The notes below the pieces were generated by a model that was given only the letters and a program-made list of their open reading frames with translations, had not been told where the DNA came from and did no database searches. 64,000 nt of DNA from an uncultured bacterium (GTDB lineage: Bacteria > Verrucomicrobiota > Kiritimatiellia > RFP12 > UBA1067), in the NCBI GenBank assembly GCA_902800055.1, contig CADCCW010000002.1:6169-70168 (forward strand), written 5' to 3'. The position numbers were made by a program, and so were the translations under genes. Positions 9,767 to 19,295 of this stretch are shown here, piece after piece; positions within the stretch are counted from its first letter, which is position 1; each line of letters begins with the position of its first letter.

Positions 9767-10861
9767 ATGTCGAAACGTGTGATAATCCTCGGAGTAACTG
9801 GCTCAATCGGCGGCAACGCGGTTGACGTTGTCTTGTCGCATCCCGGCGAATTCCAGGTCGCCGCGGTGTCGGCTCTGCGCCGCCGCGAGGAGTGCGAGGC
9901 GGCCGCGAAGCGCCTCGGCGCGAAGGCATACGTCGGCGAGGGAGCAGCGCTACGGGCGGTCGAGGAGAACGACGCCGACGTCTGCCTCGTCGCCACCGTC
10001 GGGCTCTCCGGTCTCAAGCCGACGCTCGCGGCGATCGAGAAGGGGATGGACGTCGCGCTTGCCACCAAGGAGGTGCTGGTGATGGCGGGCGAGCTCGTCC
10101 GCCGCCGCGCCGAGGCGCGCGGCGTGAGGATCCTGCCGGTCGACTCTGAGCACTCCGCCGTCTTCCAGTGCATCCAGGGCTGCAGGGTGGACGAAGTCGA
10201 CCGCATCACGCTCACCGCTTCCGGCGGGCCGTTCCTCGACGAACCCGCCGACCTCTCGGCGGTGACGGTGGAGCAGGCGCTCAACCACCCGCGCTGGCGG
10301 ATGGGCCCGAAGGTGACGGTCGACTCGGCGACGATGATGAACAAGGGCTTCGAGATCGTCGAGGCGAGCTGGTTCTTCGGCCTCCCGGCCGGCCGCATCG
10401 ACGTCGTGGTGCATCCCGAGTCGGTCGTCCACTCGCTCGTCACGATGGCGGACGGCGCGACGCTCGCGCAGCTTTCGCCTCCCGACATGCGCGTCGCCAT
10501 CCAGTACGCGCTTTCGTGGCCGCGGCGGCTCGGGTCCGAGCGCGCCCGGCTCGACCTCGCCGCGCTCGGCGCACTCACTTTCCGCGCGCCGGACGAGCGG
10601 CGCTTCCCGTGCCTCGCCCTCGCCCGCGCGGCGATTGCCGCGGGCGGCCTCGCGCCGGCGACGCTGGCCGCGGCGGACGAGCTCGCGGTCGCGGCGTTCC
10701 TCGCCGGGCGCATCGGCTTCATGGACATTCCGCGCCTCGTTGAGCGCGCGCTCGTGGCGGTGCCGCCGGGCGCGTGCGATTCCGAGGAGGCCGTCCGCGC
10801 CGCAGTCGGCGCGGCCGAGCTGGTCTTCGCCGCCGCCAACACTCCAACTTCAACCAAATGA
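9767..10861 (+). CDS. dxr: 1-deoxy-D-xylulose 5-phosphate reductoisomerase
   Basis: ILGVTGSIGGN NADPH-binding motif, DSEHSA, LTASGGPF, NKGFEIVEA. Confidence 0.9.
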   Translation: MSKRVIILGVTGSIGGNAVDVVLSHPGEFQVAAVSALRRREECEAAAKRLGAKAYVGEGAALRAVEENDADVCLVATVGLSGLKPTLAAIEKGMDVALATKEVLVMAGELVRRRAEARGVRILPVDSEHSAVFQCIQGCRVDEVDRITLTASGGPFLDEPADLSAVTVEQALNHPRWRMGPKVTVDSATMMNKGFEIVEASWFFGLPAGRIDVVVHPESVVHSLVTMADGATLAQLSPPDMRVAIQYALSWPRRLGSERARLDLAALGALTFRAPDERRFPCLALARAAIAAGGLAPATLAAADELAVAAFLAGRIGFMDIPRLVERALVAVPPGACDSEEAVRAAVGAAELVFAAANTPTSTK

Positions 10862-10870
10862 GAGCCTGAA

Positions 10871-12031
10871 ATGGGAATCATCGCAACCGTCTTCTACATC
10901 CTCGTCTGCGTGCTCTTGTTCGCGCTGGCGATACTCGTCCACGAATTCGGCCACTTCGTCGTGGCGCTGTCGCTCGGCCTCAGGGTCGAGGCGTTCTCGA
11001 TCGGCTTCGGCAAGGCGATCTGGAAGAAGCGCATCCGCGGCGTCGAGTACCGGCTGAGCTGCCTGCCGCTCGGCGGGTACGTCTCGATACCGGACGTCGA
11101 TCCCGAGGGCACCAAGGCGCTGGAAGGGGAGTCCGACGGAGCGGCGGCCAAGTCGGCGCCGATTCCGCCGTGGAAGGAGATTGCGGTCGCGGTGGCGGGT
11201 CCGGCGATGAACGTGGTGCTGGCGGTGGTGCTGGCGGTGGTGCTTTCGCTCGCCCCGGGCGCGAAGTTCGGGACGGTCGAGCCGGTGGTGGACATGATCC
11301 CCGACGGGACGCCGGCGGCGAAGGCGGGCTTCATGCCCGGCGACCGCGTGGTCTCGGTAGGCGGACGCGAGGTGAACACCTGGACCGACCTGCAGACCGA
11401 GGTGCAGATCACCGGCGGCAAGGAGACGGTGTTCATGGTGGAGCGCGGCGAGGCGATGGTGGCGCTGCCGACGACGCCGGAGCGCGACCAGGTGACGGGA
11501 GCGCTCTTCATCGGCGCGGTCAACACCAACTCCTGCGGCGCGACGGCGTGGATGCCGGCGCGGAATCCGGTCAGCCAGCTCGCCTGGGACGCCGGGGCGA
11601 TCTTCCGCGTGCTCAAGGGCCTGACGACGCCGAAGGAGGCGAAGGCGACCGCCGGCGCGCTGGGCGGTCCGGTGATGATTGCCGAGGGCATCTACCGCTC
11701 GCTCCGCCGCAGCACCTGGGACGGCGTGGGCTTTCTCCGGTTCCTCAATGTCAACCTTGCCGTCCTCAACTTGCTGCCGATACCGGTGCTGGACGGCGGG
11801 CTCATCCTCTTCTCCCTGATTGCGCTCGTCTTCCGCCGCCGCGTGCCGGAGCCAGTGGTGCGGATGGTGTCGATGTTCTTCATGTACCTGCTCATCGCGC
11901 TGATGGGGCTTTTGGTGGTGAAGGACTCCATGCGCAGCTGGCGCATCCACACCAGGAAGGCGAAGATCGCGGACGTGGTCGAGGACATCCAGGAGGCGTC
12001 GACGAATGCGGCGGACAACGCGCGAGACTAG
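10871..12031 (+). CDS. rseP: RIP site-2 zinc metalloprotease RseP
   Basis: HEFGHF (HExxH) in TM1, PDZ domain (GDRVVSVGGREV), C-terminal LDGG motif. Classic dxr-rseP-ispG synteny. Confidence 0.85.
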   Translation: MGIIATVFYILVCVLLFALAILVHEFGHFVVALSLGLRVEAFSIGFGKAIWKKRIRGVEYRLSCLPLGGYVSIPDVDPEGTKALEGESDGAAAKSAPIPPWKEIAVAVAGPAMNVVLAVVLAVVLSLAPGAKFGTVEPVVDMIPDGTPAAKAGFMPGDRVVSVGGREVNTWTDLQTEVQITGGKETVFMVERGEAMVALPTTPERDQVTGALFIGAVNTNSCGATAWMPARNPVSQLAWDAGAIFRVLKGLTTPKEAKATAGALGGPVMIAEGIYRSLRRSTWDGVGFLRFLNVNLAVLNLLPIPVLDGGLILFSLIALVFRRRVPEPVVRMVSMFFMYLLIALMGLLVVKDSMRSWRIHTRKAKIADVVEDIQEASTNAADNARD

Positions 12032-13073
12032 GGTCGGATCCGTGTCCGTCGGCGGCGGGGCGCCGGTGAGCGTGCAGTCGATGGCGAACGTCGACCCGCA
12101 CGACGCGAAGGCGATCGTCGAGCAGGCGAACGCCTGCGCCGAGCGCGGCTGTGACATCTTCCGGCTCACCGTGCCCGACCTCGAGGCGGCGAAGACGCTC
12201 GCTGAGGTGAAGAAGTCGGTCGCAATGCCGCTCGTCGCCGACATCCACTTCGACTACCGCTGCGCGCTCGCGGCGCTCGAGGCGGGTGCGGACGCGCTGA
12301 GGATCAACCCCGGCAACATCGGCTCCCGCGATCGCGTGCAGACGGTCGCGCGCGCGGCGAAGGCCGCGGGTGCGCCGATCCGCGTCGGCGTGAACGCGGG
12401 TTCGCTCGAGAAGGACCTCAAGGACGACCCGCGCCCGCTCCCCGAGCGCCTCGCCGAGTCGGCGCTGCGCCACCTGAAGCTATTGGAGGACGAGGGTTTC
12501 CGCGACGTGGTGCTGAGCGCGAAGGCGTCGAACGTCGCAGACACCCTGGCCGTCTACCGCATCCTCGCGGAGCGCACCGACTGCCCGCTCCACCTCGGGG
12601 TCACCGAGGCCGGGACGCTCGTCCCCGGCGCGGTGCGCAACTCCGTCGCGCTCGGTATCCTGCTTTCGGAGGGAATCGGCGACACCATCCGCGTCTCGCT
12701 CACCGCGAAGCCCGAGAAGGAGGTGCGTGTCGGGCTCGAGATCCTGCGCGCGCTGGGGCTGCGCGAGCCGGGTCCGGCGGTCACGAGCTGCCCGACCTGC
12801 GGGCGCACGCGGGTGGACCTGGTGCGCGTCGCGACCCAGGTGGAGGATGCTCTCGAGATACTCTACCGTGACCCCAAGCGGCGTCCCGCGCCGTTCCCGA
12901 AGGTGGCCGTGATGGGTTGCGCGGTGAACGGACCCGGCGAGGCCGCCGGGGCGGACGTCGCGCTCTGCGGCGGTGACGGAGATTTTGTCTTGTACGTGCG
13001 CGGGCGCCAGGTCGGCCGCGTTTCCCAGGAAGAAGCAGTAGCAAAGGTGGTGGAAAATGCGCTATCTCTATGA
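12006..13073 (+). CDS. ispG: 4-hydroxy-3-methylbut-2-enyl diphosphate synthase (flavodoxin type)
   Basis: VGGGAPVSVQSM, INPGNIG, C-terminal Cys ligands (TSCPTCGR..GCAVNGPGE). Confidence 0.9.
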   Translation: MRRTTRETRVGSVSVGGGAPVSVQSMANVDPHDAKAIVEQANACAERGCDIFRLTVPDLEAAKTLAEVKKSVAMPLVADIHFDYRCALAALEAGADALRINPGNIGSRDRVQTVARAAKAAGAPIRVGVNAGSLEKDLKDDPRPLPERLAESALRHLKLLEDEGFRDVVLSAKASNVADTLAVYRILAERTDCPLHLGVTEAGTLVPGAVRNSVALGILLSEGIGDTIRVSLTAKPEKEVRVGLEILRALGLREPGPAVTSCPTCGRTRVDLVRVATQVEDALEILYRDPKRRPAPFPKVAVMGCAVNGPGEAAGADVALCGGDGDFVLYVRGRQVGRVSQEEAVAKVVENALSL

Positions 13074-14640
13074 CAATGCCCCGGTGATTCTCGTTGCCTT
13101 GGTGGTTTCCTCGCTCGCGTGGCTCTACGGTGGCACGCGCGGTCCGCTCATCGTCGCCGTGGCGCCGTGGCTGCTCCTCGTGCTTGCGGAAGTGGTGTTC
13201 TTCCTTCCGCAGCGCCACGAAAACGAGTCGATCTACGAAGCGCGAGAACGAGTGTGGGACGCGATGAAGCACGATCCGTTCGTATGGACGGTGGCGCTTC
13301 TCATCTTCCTCCTCCTCATCCCGTTTGCAAACAACGGGCTTTGCCCCGACTGCGATGCCGCGCTTATCGCCGAGGGGATCGATCCTTCGCCACCGGTGTC
13401 GTTTTTGCCGTTTTGCGTCAACCGCCGCGAGCACCTAAGCGTCTTCCTGTGGATTGCGACCGCGCTGGTCGCGGCGACAGCGGTGCGTCACAGCCTGCGC
13501 GGGCGTGGCAAGCGGCTTTTGGTGAAGTTCCTGGTGTGGAACGGCTTCGCCGTCGCCATTCTTGGCTTCGTGCAGGCGGCGGCGGGGGCGCCAGGTCCGC
13601 TCTGGGAGAGCGTTCCCAACCACGCTCCCGGCGGTTATTTCGCCACCTGGGGCTATCCCAATATGGCCGGCAGCTATTTCGTCCTGATGTTCGCCTTAGC
13701 GGTGGCGATATGGCGGCGCGAGTGCGACGAGGCCGACCGCGAGCTTGCCGCGGCCGACATCGAGGCTGGCAACGAGCCGACCTCGCGCCACCGCGCATTC
13801 TGGCGTCGCCACCGCTATCTCATTCCCGCGGCGGTATGCTTCTTCGCGGCGATCAACACCTTGTCGCGCGCGGCGATTCTGCTTTCGACTGCGCTTGCGA
13901 TCGTCTTCTTCATCCACGCGTTCGTTTCGATGTCCCACAAACTGCCGCGCGCGGTCAGGATGAGGCGTGGCACCATCGCGCTGTTGTCGGCGGGGATAGT
14001 GGCGTTCTTCGCGGTCATCTCAATTCCCGACAGTATGCAGCGCGAGATCGACTCCACTGACACGAGGGCGGTGCTCGACCGCGTTACCAACAAGCGCGAA
14101 GCCAACGTCCCCATCGCGATCCAGATCTGGCGCGACCATCCCGTGTTCGGCTGCGGCGGCTGGGGCTACAGGCACTTCTACGTTTCCAAGATGCCAGAGC
14201 GCGCGAGGGAGCTCCTTGCCAAGTACCCGGTATTGCCCACTGGCAGCGCGAACGTCCACAACGACTACATCCAGGCGCTTGCCGAGCACGGGTGCGTGGG
14301 GCTGGCGCTCCTTGTGGGCGCGGCGGTATTCCTGCTGGTGCCGGTGGTGAAGTCGTGGAAGTACCTCTACCAGCTCGTGCGTTTTGCCAAGACCTCCAAG
14401 CTGCCGGCGAAGCCGATAATCGTCTTCGTGCTGCCGGCGCCGGCGTTTGCGATTCTTGCAGGCACGGTTGCGGTGGCTGTCCACGCTTTCGGCGACTGCC
14501 CGCTGCGCACGCCGACGGTCCTATCGCTGTTGTTCGTGTCGCTCGCCTCGGTTCCCGGCTTTTTGCCGCGCAGTTCGCGCAACCTGGGGATTCGCGTCGG
14601 CGACGGCGAGGACGATGACAGCGAGCACAGCAAGAAATAA
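13057..14640 (+). CDS. O-antigen ligase family (Wzy_C/WaaL-like) integral membrane protein
   Basis: ~12 predicted TM helices; HNDYIQALAEHGCVGLAL matches the O-antigen-ligase signature. Confidence 0.65.
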   Translation: MRYLYDNAPVILVALVVSSLAWLYGGTRGPLIVAVAPWLLLVLAEVVFFLPQRHENESIYEARERVWDAMKHDPFVWTVALLIFLLLIPFANNGLCPDCDAALIAEGIDPSPPVSFLPFCVNRREHLSVFLWIATALVAATAVRHSLRGRGKRLLVKFLVWNGFAVAILGFVQAAAGAPGPLWESVPNHAPGGYFATWGYPNMAGSYFVLMFALAVAIWRRECDEADRELAAADIEAGNEPTSRHRAFWRRHRYLIPAAVCFFAAINTLSRAAILLSTALAIVFFIHAFVSMSHKLPRAVRMRRGTIALLSAGIVAFFAVISIPDSMQREIDSTDTRAVLDRVTNKREANVPIAIQIWRDHPVFGCGGWGYRHFYVSKMPERARELLAKYPVLPTGSANVHNDYIQALAEHGCVGLALLVGAAVFLLVPVVKSWKYLYQLVRFAKTSKLPAKPIIVFVLPAPAFAILAGTVAVAVHAFGDCPLRTPTVLSLLFVSLASVPGFLPRSSRNLGIRVGDGEDDDSEHSKK

Positions 14641-14652
14641 GGAGGTCTGTCC

Positions 14653-15846
14653 ATGGTCAGAGTCAACGAGAACTACTCCCGCATCAAGCCCACCTACCTC
14701 TTCGCGGAGATCGCCGCGCGCGTCGCCGCGCACCAGAAGGCGCACCCGGACGCGAAGGTGATCCGCCTCGGCATCGGCGACGTCACCGAGCCGCTCGCCC
14801 CGGCGGTGATTGCGGCGATGCACCGGGCGGTGGACGACGAGGCCGCGCGCGCGACCTTCCACGGCTACGGCCCCGAGCAGGGCTACGCCTTCCTGCGAGA
14901 CAAGATTGCCGAGGTCGACTTCCACGCCCGCGGCGTCGACGTCAAGGCTGACGAGATCTTCGTTTCCGACGGCGCGAAGTGCGACTGCGGCAACTTCCAG
15001 GAGCTGCTCGCCGCCGATGCCAAGGTCGCGGTCGGCGACCCGGTCTACCCGGTCTACGTCGATACCAACGTGATGGCCGGTCGCCACGACATCCAGCTCC
15101 TCCCCTGCACCAAGGCCAACTCGTTCGTGCCTTCGCCCGACGGCTGCGACGCGGACGTCGTCTACCTCTGCTACCCCAACAACCCGACCGGTGCCACCGC
15201 GAGCCTGGAGCAGCTGCAGGCGTGGGTCGACTGGGCCAACGCCGGCCGCCGCCTCATCCTCTTCGACGCCGCCTACGAGGCGTTCATCCGCACGCCCGGC
15301 GTGCCGCACTCCATTTTCGAGTGCAAGGGCGCGCGCACCTGCGCGGTGGAGATGCGCTCGTTTTCCAAGACGGCGGGCTTCACCGGCGTGCGCTGCGGCT
15401 ACACAGTCGTCCCCGCCGAGCTCGTCGCCTACGCCGTGGACGGCGCGGCCGTGCCGCTCAAGCCGATGTGGACGCGCCGCCAGACCACCAAGTTCAACGG
15501 CGCGAGCTACATCACACAGCGCGGCGCCGAGGCGGTCTACTCGCCGGAGGGCCTTGCCCAGACGAAGGCGCAGATCGACTTCTACCTCGAGAACGCGCAT
15601 CTCGTCTCCGCGGCGCTTGCCAAGGCCGGCTACGACGTAGCCGGCGGCGTCGACTCGCCGTACGTCTGGGTGGACGTGAAGGGCGACAGCTGGAAGTTCT
15701 TTGACCGCCTGCTCGTCGAGGCAAACATAGTCACCACCCCTGGCGCCGGCTTCGGCCACGCCGGCGAGGGCTTCATCCGCATCTCCGCCTTCAACTCGCG
15801 CGAGAACGTCATTGAGGCGATCGACCGCATCTCCCGCGTCCTTTAG
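14653..15846 (+). CDS. dapL: LL-diaminopimelate aminotransferase
   Basis: KPTYLFAEI..VIRLGIGDVTEPL, class I aminotransferase with the DapL-specific N-terminal motifs. Confidence 0.8.
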   Translation: MVRVNENYSRIKPTYLFAEIAARVAAHQKAHPDAKVIRLGIGDVTEPLAPAVIAAMHRAVDDEAARATFHGYGPEQGYAFLRDKIAEVDFHARGVDVKADEIFVSDGAKCDCGNFQELLAADAKVAVGDPVYPVYVDTNVMAGRHDIQLLPCTKANSFVPSPDGCDADVVYLCYPNNPTGATASLEQLQAWVDWANAGRRLILFDAAYEAFIRTPGVPHSIFECKGARTCAVEMRSFSKTAGFTGVRCGYTVVPAELVAYAVDGAAVPLKPMWTRRQTTKFNGASYITQRGAEAVYSPEGLAQTKAQIDFYLENAHLVSAALAKAGYDVAGGVDSPYVWVDVKGDSWKFFDRLLVEANIVTTPGAGFGHAGEGFIRISAFNSRENVIEAIDRISRVL

Positions 15847-15861
15847 GCAGCCCCGCGCCCC

Positions 15862-15891
15862 TTGACGGCTAACGCGCGTTTTTGATATACT
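15862..15891 (+). promoter_or_regulatory. sigma70-type promoter TTGACG-N18-TATACT upstream of rplY
   Basis: -35/-10 hexamers with 18-nt spacer; TTTTTGATATACT variant of the window-wide motif. Confidence 0.5.
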
Positions 15892-15964
15892 TCGCGCCGT
15901 TTTGCCGCGAGAGTGTAGCGCGCGTGCGCGAGAGTATTGCGGAAAATTACCAGAAAAGGCAAGA

Positions 15965-16648
15965 ATGAACCAGATCAAGATCAAGGCGGAGCCGCGTACC
16001 GAGCAGGGTACGGGGGCCGTCAGACGTTTGCGCCGCACGGGCATGATTCCCGGCAGCGTGATGAAGATGAAGAAGGGCGGCACGGAGCTCATCAAGCTTC
16101 CGGAGCACGACTTCATGATGGCTATGCGCGGTCGTACCGGCAAGCAGGTCCTCGTCTCCCTCGACATGGGCGGCAAGGAGATGTCGGCGCTGCTGCGCGA
16201 AATGCAGAACGACGTGCTCAAGGGCACGCCGATCCACGTGGACTTCAGCGAGGTGTCGCTGAGCGAGAAGGTCCGCATCACGGTCCCGATCTACCTCGTC
16301 GGCGAGGCGAAGGGCGTCAAGATCGGCGGCGGCGTGCTGGAGCAGACGCTCCGCACCGTCGACATCGACGTGCTGCCGACCGACATTCCCGAGAAGTTCG
16401 ACGTCGACGTCTCGGCGCTCGACCTCGACCAGACCCTCTTCGTGCGCGACCTCGCCCTGGGCGACAAGTACACGGTGACCACCCGTGGCGAAGTGCCGGT
16501 GGCGGTGGTGAAGGCTCCTGACGCGGTGCCCGGCGCGACGCCGGCTGCCGGCGCGGCGGCGGCTCCGGCCGAGGCAGCGGCGCCTGAGGTCATCAAGAAG
16601 GGCAAGGAGGAAGAGGCTGCCGCCGACAAGAAGGAGGAGAAGAAGTGA
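15965..16648 (+). CDS. rplY: 50S ribosomal protein L25 / general stress protein Ctc
   Basis: RTEQGTGAVRRLRR..IPGSV N-terminus and Ala/Lys-rich Ctc-type C-terminal extension. Start at ATG 15965; the track ORF starts at 15902. Confidence 0.85.
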   Translation: MNQIKIKAEPRTEQGTGAVRRLRRTGMIPGSVMKMKKGGTELIKLPEHDFMMAMRGRTGKQVLVSLDMGGKEMSALLREMQNDVLKGTPIHVDFSEVSLSEKVRITVPIYLVGEAKGVKIGGGVLEQTLRTVDIDVLPTDIPEKFDVDVSALDLDQTLFVRDLALGDKYTVTTRGEVPVAVVKAPDAVPGATPAAGAAAAPAEAAAPEVIKKGKEEEAAADKKEEKK

Positions 16649-17040
16649 TGAAGAAGTACGACGCACTCTACATTTTCGTCGGCGTGGCCAAGGACGACGT
16701 CCTCGAGGCCAACCTCGCCAAGGCGCTTGCGGAGGTCACCCGCCTCGGCGGCGTCGTCGTGGCGCAGGACTCGCTCGGCAAGCGCACCTTCGCGCGTTCG
16801 ATGAAGAAGCGCGACAGCGGCGTGTACGTCAAGGTCCGCCTCGAGATCGACCCGCAGAAGCTGAAGGAGCTCGTCGCGCGCTACCGCCTCGTCGAAGAGG
16901 TGTTCCGCGTGCAGTTCCTCGCGGTCGACGAGCGCCGCGAGGCCAAGATCGCCGCCGAGCGCGCAGCCCGCGCCGAGCGCCAGGCCCGCCGCGAGGCGGC
17001 CCAGGCCGCGGCCATCGCCGAAAGGACAGCCCAGGAGTAG
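16645..17040 (+). CDS. rpsF: 30S ribosomal protein S6
   Basis: 131 aa, S6 fold signature (YDALYIF), position immediately upstream of ssb-rpsR-rplI. Confidence 0.8.
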   Translation: MMKKYDALYIFVGVAKDDVLEANLAKALAEVTRLGGVVVAQDSLGKRTFARSMKKRDSGVYVKVRLEIDPQKLKELVARYRLVEEVFRVQFLAVDERREAKIAAERAARAERQARREAAQAAAIAERTAQE

Positions 17041-17042
17041 TC

Positions 17043-17450
17043 ATGGCCTCGTTCAACAAAGTCATCATCATGGGCAACCTCACGCGCGACCCCGACGTCC
17101 GCGCGGCGGGGGCGAGCGGCATGAAGGTCGCGCGCCTCGGCGTCGCGATCAACGAGCGCCGGCGCGACCGCAGCGGGCAGGTGCTGGACTTCCCGGTGTT
17201 CGTCGACGTAGACGCCTGGGACCGGCTTGCGGAGCTGTGTGGCCAGCATCTGGCCAAGGGCAGCCCCGTGCTTGTCGAGGGCAGGCTCCAGATGGATACG
17301 TGGGAGCGTGAAGGCGTCCGCCACCAGAAGCTGAAGGTGCGCGCGACGACGATCAAGTTCCTGCCGCGTCCCGACCGCGCCAACTTCCAGCAGCGGCCGG
17401 TGGAGCCGGTGCAGTCCATGCAGGACGATGAAGGCGAGATACCGTTCTAA
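17043..17450 (+). CDS. ssb: single-stranded DNA-binding protein
   Basis: OB-fold N-terminus (KVIIMGNLTRDPDVR), acidic C-terminal tip DDEGEIPF. Confidence 0.9.
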   Translation: MASFNKVIIMGNLTRDPDVRAAGASGMKVARLGVAINERRRDRSGQVLDFPVFVDVDAWDRLAELCGQHLAKGSPVLVEGRLQMDTWEREGVRHQKLKVRATTIKFLPRPDRANFQQRPVEPVQSMQDDEGEIPF

Positions 17451-17487
17451 ACAACCTTGAAAACTTAAACAGAGAAGGAAAAAGACA

Positions 17488-17718
17488 ATGGCGTTCAAGA
17501 AGAACAGCAGTTCGGCCGGCGAGGAGTTCGCCGCGCGCAAGCGTCCGCCGCTCGGCAAGGGCGACTCGATCGACGTCAACGACGTCGAGACGCTGAAGTA
17601 CTACATCACCGACTACGGCAAGATCCTGCCCGCGCGCATCACCGGGGTTACCTCGCAGCAGCAGCGGCAGATCCGCCAGGGCGTCAAGCGCGCCCGCAAC
17701 ATGGGCCTCATGGCCTGA
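17488..17718 (+). CDS. rpsR: 30S ribosomal protein S18
   Basis: 76 aa; LKYYITDYGKILPARITG..RQGVKRARNMGLM. Confidence 0.9.
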   Translation: MAFKKNSSSAGEEFAARKRPPLGKGDSIDVNDVETLKYYITDYGKILPARITGVTSQQQRQIRQGVKRARNMGLMA

Positions 17719-17736
17719 TCCGGAGGGAGACGCACC

Positions 17737-18207
17737 ATGCAGATCGAAGTCATGCTCATGGACGACGTGAAGAAGCTCGGCAAGTCCGGCCAGATCGTCA
17801 AGGTCGCCTCCGGCTATGCCCGCAACTTCCTCTTCCCGAAGGGGCTCGCGGCGGTCGCAACCGAGGCCGCCAAGCGCCGCCTGAAGAAGCTCGAGGCCGA
17901 GCGCGCCGCCCGTGCCGCCGAGGAGAAGAAGGCCGCGCTCGAGGTCGCGAAGAAGCTCGACAAGCTCGAGATCACCGTCTCTGCGAACACCGTGGACGGC
18001 AAGCGCCTCTACGGCTCGGTCGGCATCTCCGACATCCTCGCGGCGATCGAGGCCAACCGCGGCATCAAGCTCGAGCGCTCGCAGATCGAGCTCGACGACT
18101 CGCTCAAGGAAGTCGGCGAATACCAGCCCGAGATTACCCTCGGTCACGGCGTCAACGTCCGCTTCAAGATCACGATTCTGGACGAAGGGGCGGCTCAGGT
18201 CGGTTGA
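17737..18207 (+). CDS. rplI: 50S ribosomal protein L9
   Basis: MQIEVMLMDDVKKLGKSGQIVKVASGYARNFLFPKGLA L9 N-domain. Confidence 0.9.
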   Translation: MQIEVMLMDDVKKLGKSGQIVKVASGYARNFLFPKGLAAVATEAAKRRLKKLEAERAARAAEEKKAALEVAKKLDKLEITVSANTVDGKRLYGSVGISDILAAIEANRGIKLERSQIELDDSLKEVGEYQPEITLGHGVNVRFKITILDEGAAQVG

Positions 18208-18230
18208 CGGCCTGATCGCCTGCACTTGGC

Positions 18231-18279
18231 AGGGCGCGGCGGCGTTTTCGCCCGTCGCGCCTTCTTTTTGCCTTTGACA
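18231..18279 (+). terminator. putative rho-independent terminator after rplI
   Basis: GC-rich imperfect hairpin GGCGCGGCGGCG-TTTT-CGCCCGTCGCGCC followed by TTCTTTTTG. Confidence 0.5.
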
Positions 18280-18282
18280 GGC

Positions 18283-18300
18283 GATTTTTTGGTATAATAC
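18283..18300 (+). promoter_or_regulatory. extended -10 promoter GATTTTTTGGTATAATAC upstream of prs (with SD AAAGGAG)
   Basis: Conserved motif; a TTGACA lies only 13 nt upstream and is probably not the functional -35. Confidence 0.55.
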
Positions 18301-18319
18301 AACACCTGAAAGGAGTAGT

Positions 18320-19285
18320 ATGATTCAGAAAGACGACTTTATGGTGTTTTCCGGGACGGCCAACCTGCCGTTGGCGGAGAAGGTGGCCAGCTATCTCGGG
18401 CATCCGCTCGACAAGATCGACATCAAGCATTTCCCCGACGGCGAGACCTTCTGCCAGGTCATCGACTCGGTGCGCGGGCGCGACGTGTTCGTGATCCAGT
18501 CCGGCTCGCCCGCGCCGAACGAGGCGTACATGGAGCTGTTCATCATCATGGACGCGCTGAAGCGCGGCTCTGCGGCGCGCATCACTGCAATCCTCCCGTA
18601 CTACGGCTACGCCCGCCAGGACCGCAAGGACCAGCCGCGCGTCCCGATCACCGCGCGCCTCATCGCCAACCTCCTCCAGAAGGCCGGCGCCGACCGCGTC
18701 ATCGCGATGGACCTGCACGCGAACCAGATCCAGGGCTTCTTCGACATCCCGCTCGACCACCTCAAGGCCGAGCCGGTGATCCTCAAGTACATCCGCGACC
18801 AGCACTGGGCCAACCCGATCGTCGTCGCGCCCGACACCGGCGGCGCCAAGACCGCCTACGGCTACAGCCGCAAGCTCAAGTGCGGGCTTGCGATCGTCGC
18901 CAAGCAGCGCACCGGCGGCGAGACGGTGGACGCGTTCTCGGTCGTCGGCGACGTGAAGGACCACGACGTCATCATGATCGACGACATGACCGCGACCGGC
19001 GGCACGCTATCCGCCGCGGCGAAGATGTGCCGCGACAACGGCGCGAAGTCGGTTCACGCGTTCGTCTCCCACTTCCCGCTCACCGAGAAGGGCGTGGAGC
19101 GGCTGATGAAGGAGGTGCAGCTCGACGAGCTCGTCGTCACCGACTCGATTCCGCTTAGGGCCGGCTTCGACCCGTCAAAGCTGCCGTTCAAGCTGACGCA
19201 GCTTTCCGTCGCCCCGCTCATCGGCGAGGCGATCCGCCGGACTCACCTGAACGAGTCGATCAACGACCTCTTCAACCACGAATAG
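18320..19285 (+). CDS. prs: ribose-phosphate pyrophosphokinase
   Basis: PRPP synthetase motifs (DLHANQIQGFFDIP, PDTGGAK, VIMIDDM). Confidence 0.9.
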   Translation: MIQKDDFMVFSGTANLPLAEKVASYLGHPLDKIDIKHFPDGETFCQVIDSVRGRDVFVIQSGSPAPNEAYMELFIIMDALKRGSAARITAILPYYGYARQDRKDQPRVPITARLIANLLQKAGADRVIAMDLHANQIQGFFDIPLDHLKAEPVILKYIRDQHWANPIVVAPDTGGAKTAYGYSRKLKCGLAIVAKQRTGGETVDAFSVVGDVKDHDVIMIDDMTATGGTLSAAAKMCRDNGAKSVHAFVSHFPLTEKGVERLMKEVQLDELVVTDSIPLRAGFDPSKLPFKLTQLSVAPLIGEAIRRTHLNESINDLFNHE

Positions 19286-19295
19286 GGCACTTGCC

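Noticed and set aside
18274-18279. TTGACA as the -35 element of the prs promoter
   Set aside because: It is only 13 nt from the -10 box, too short for sigma70 spacing. The conserved T-tract/TGG extended -10 is the more likely determinant.
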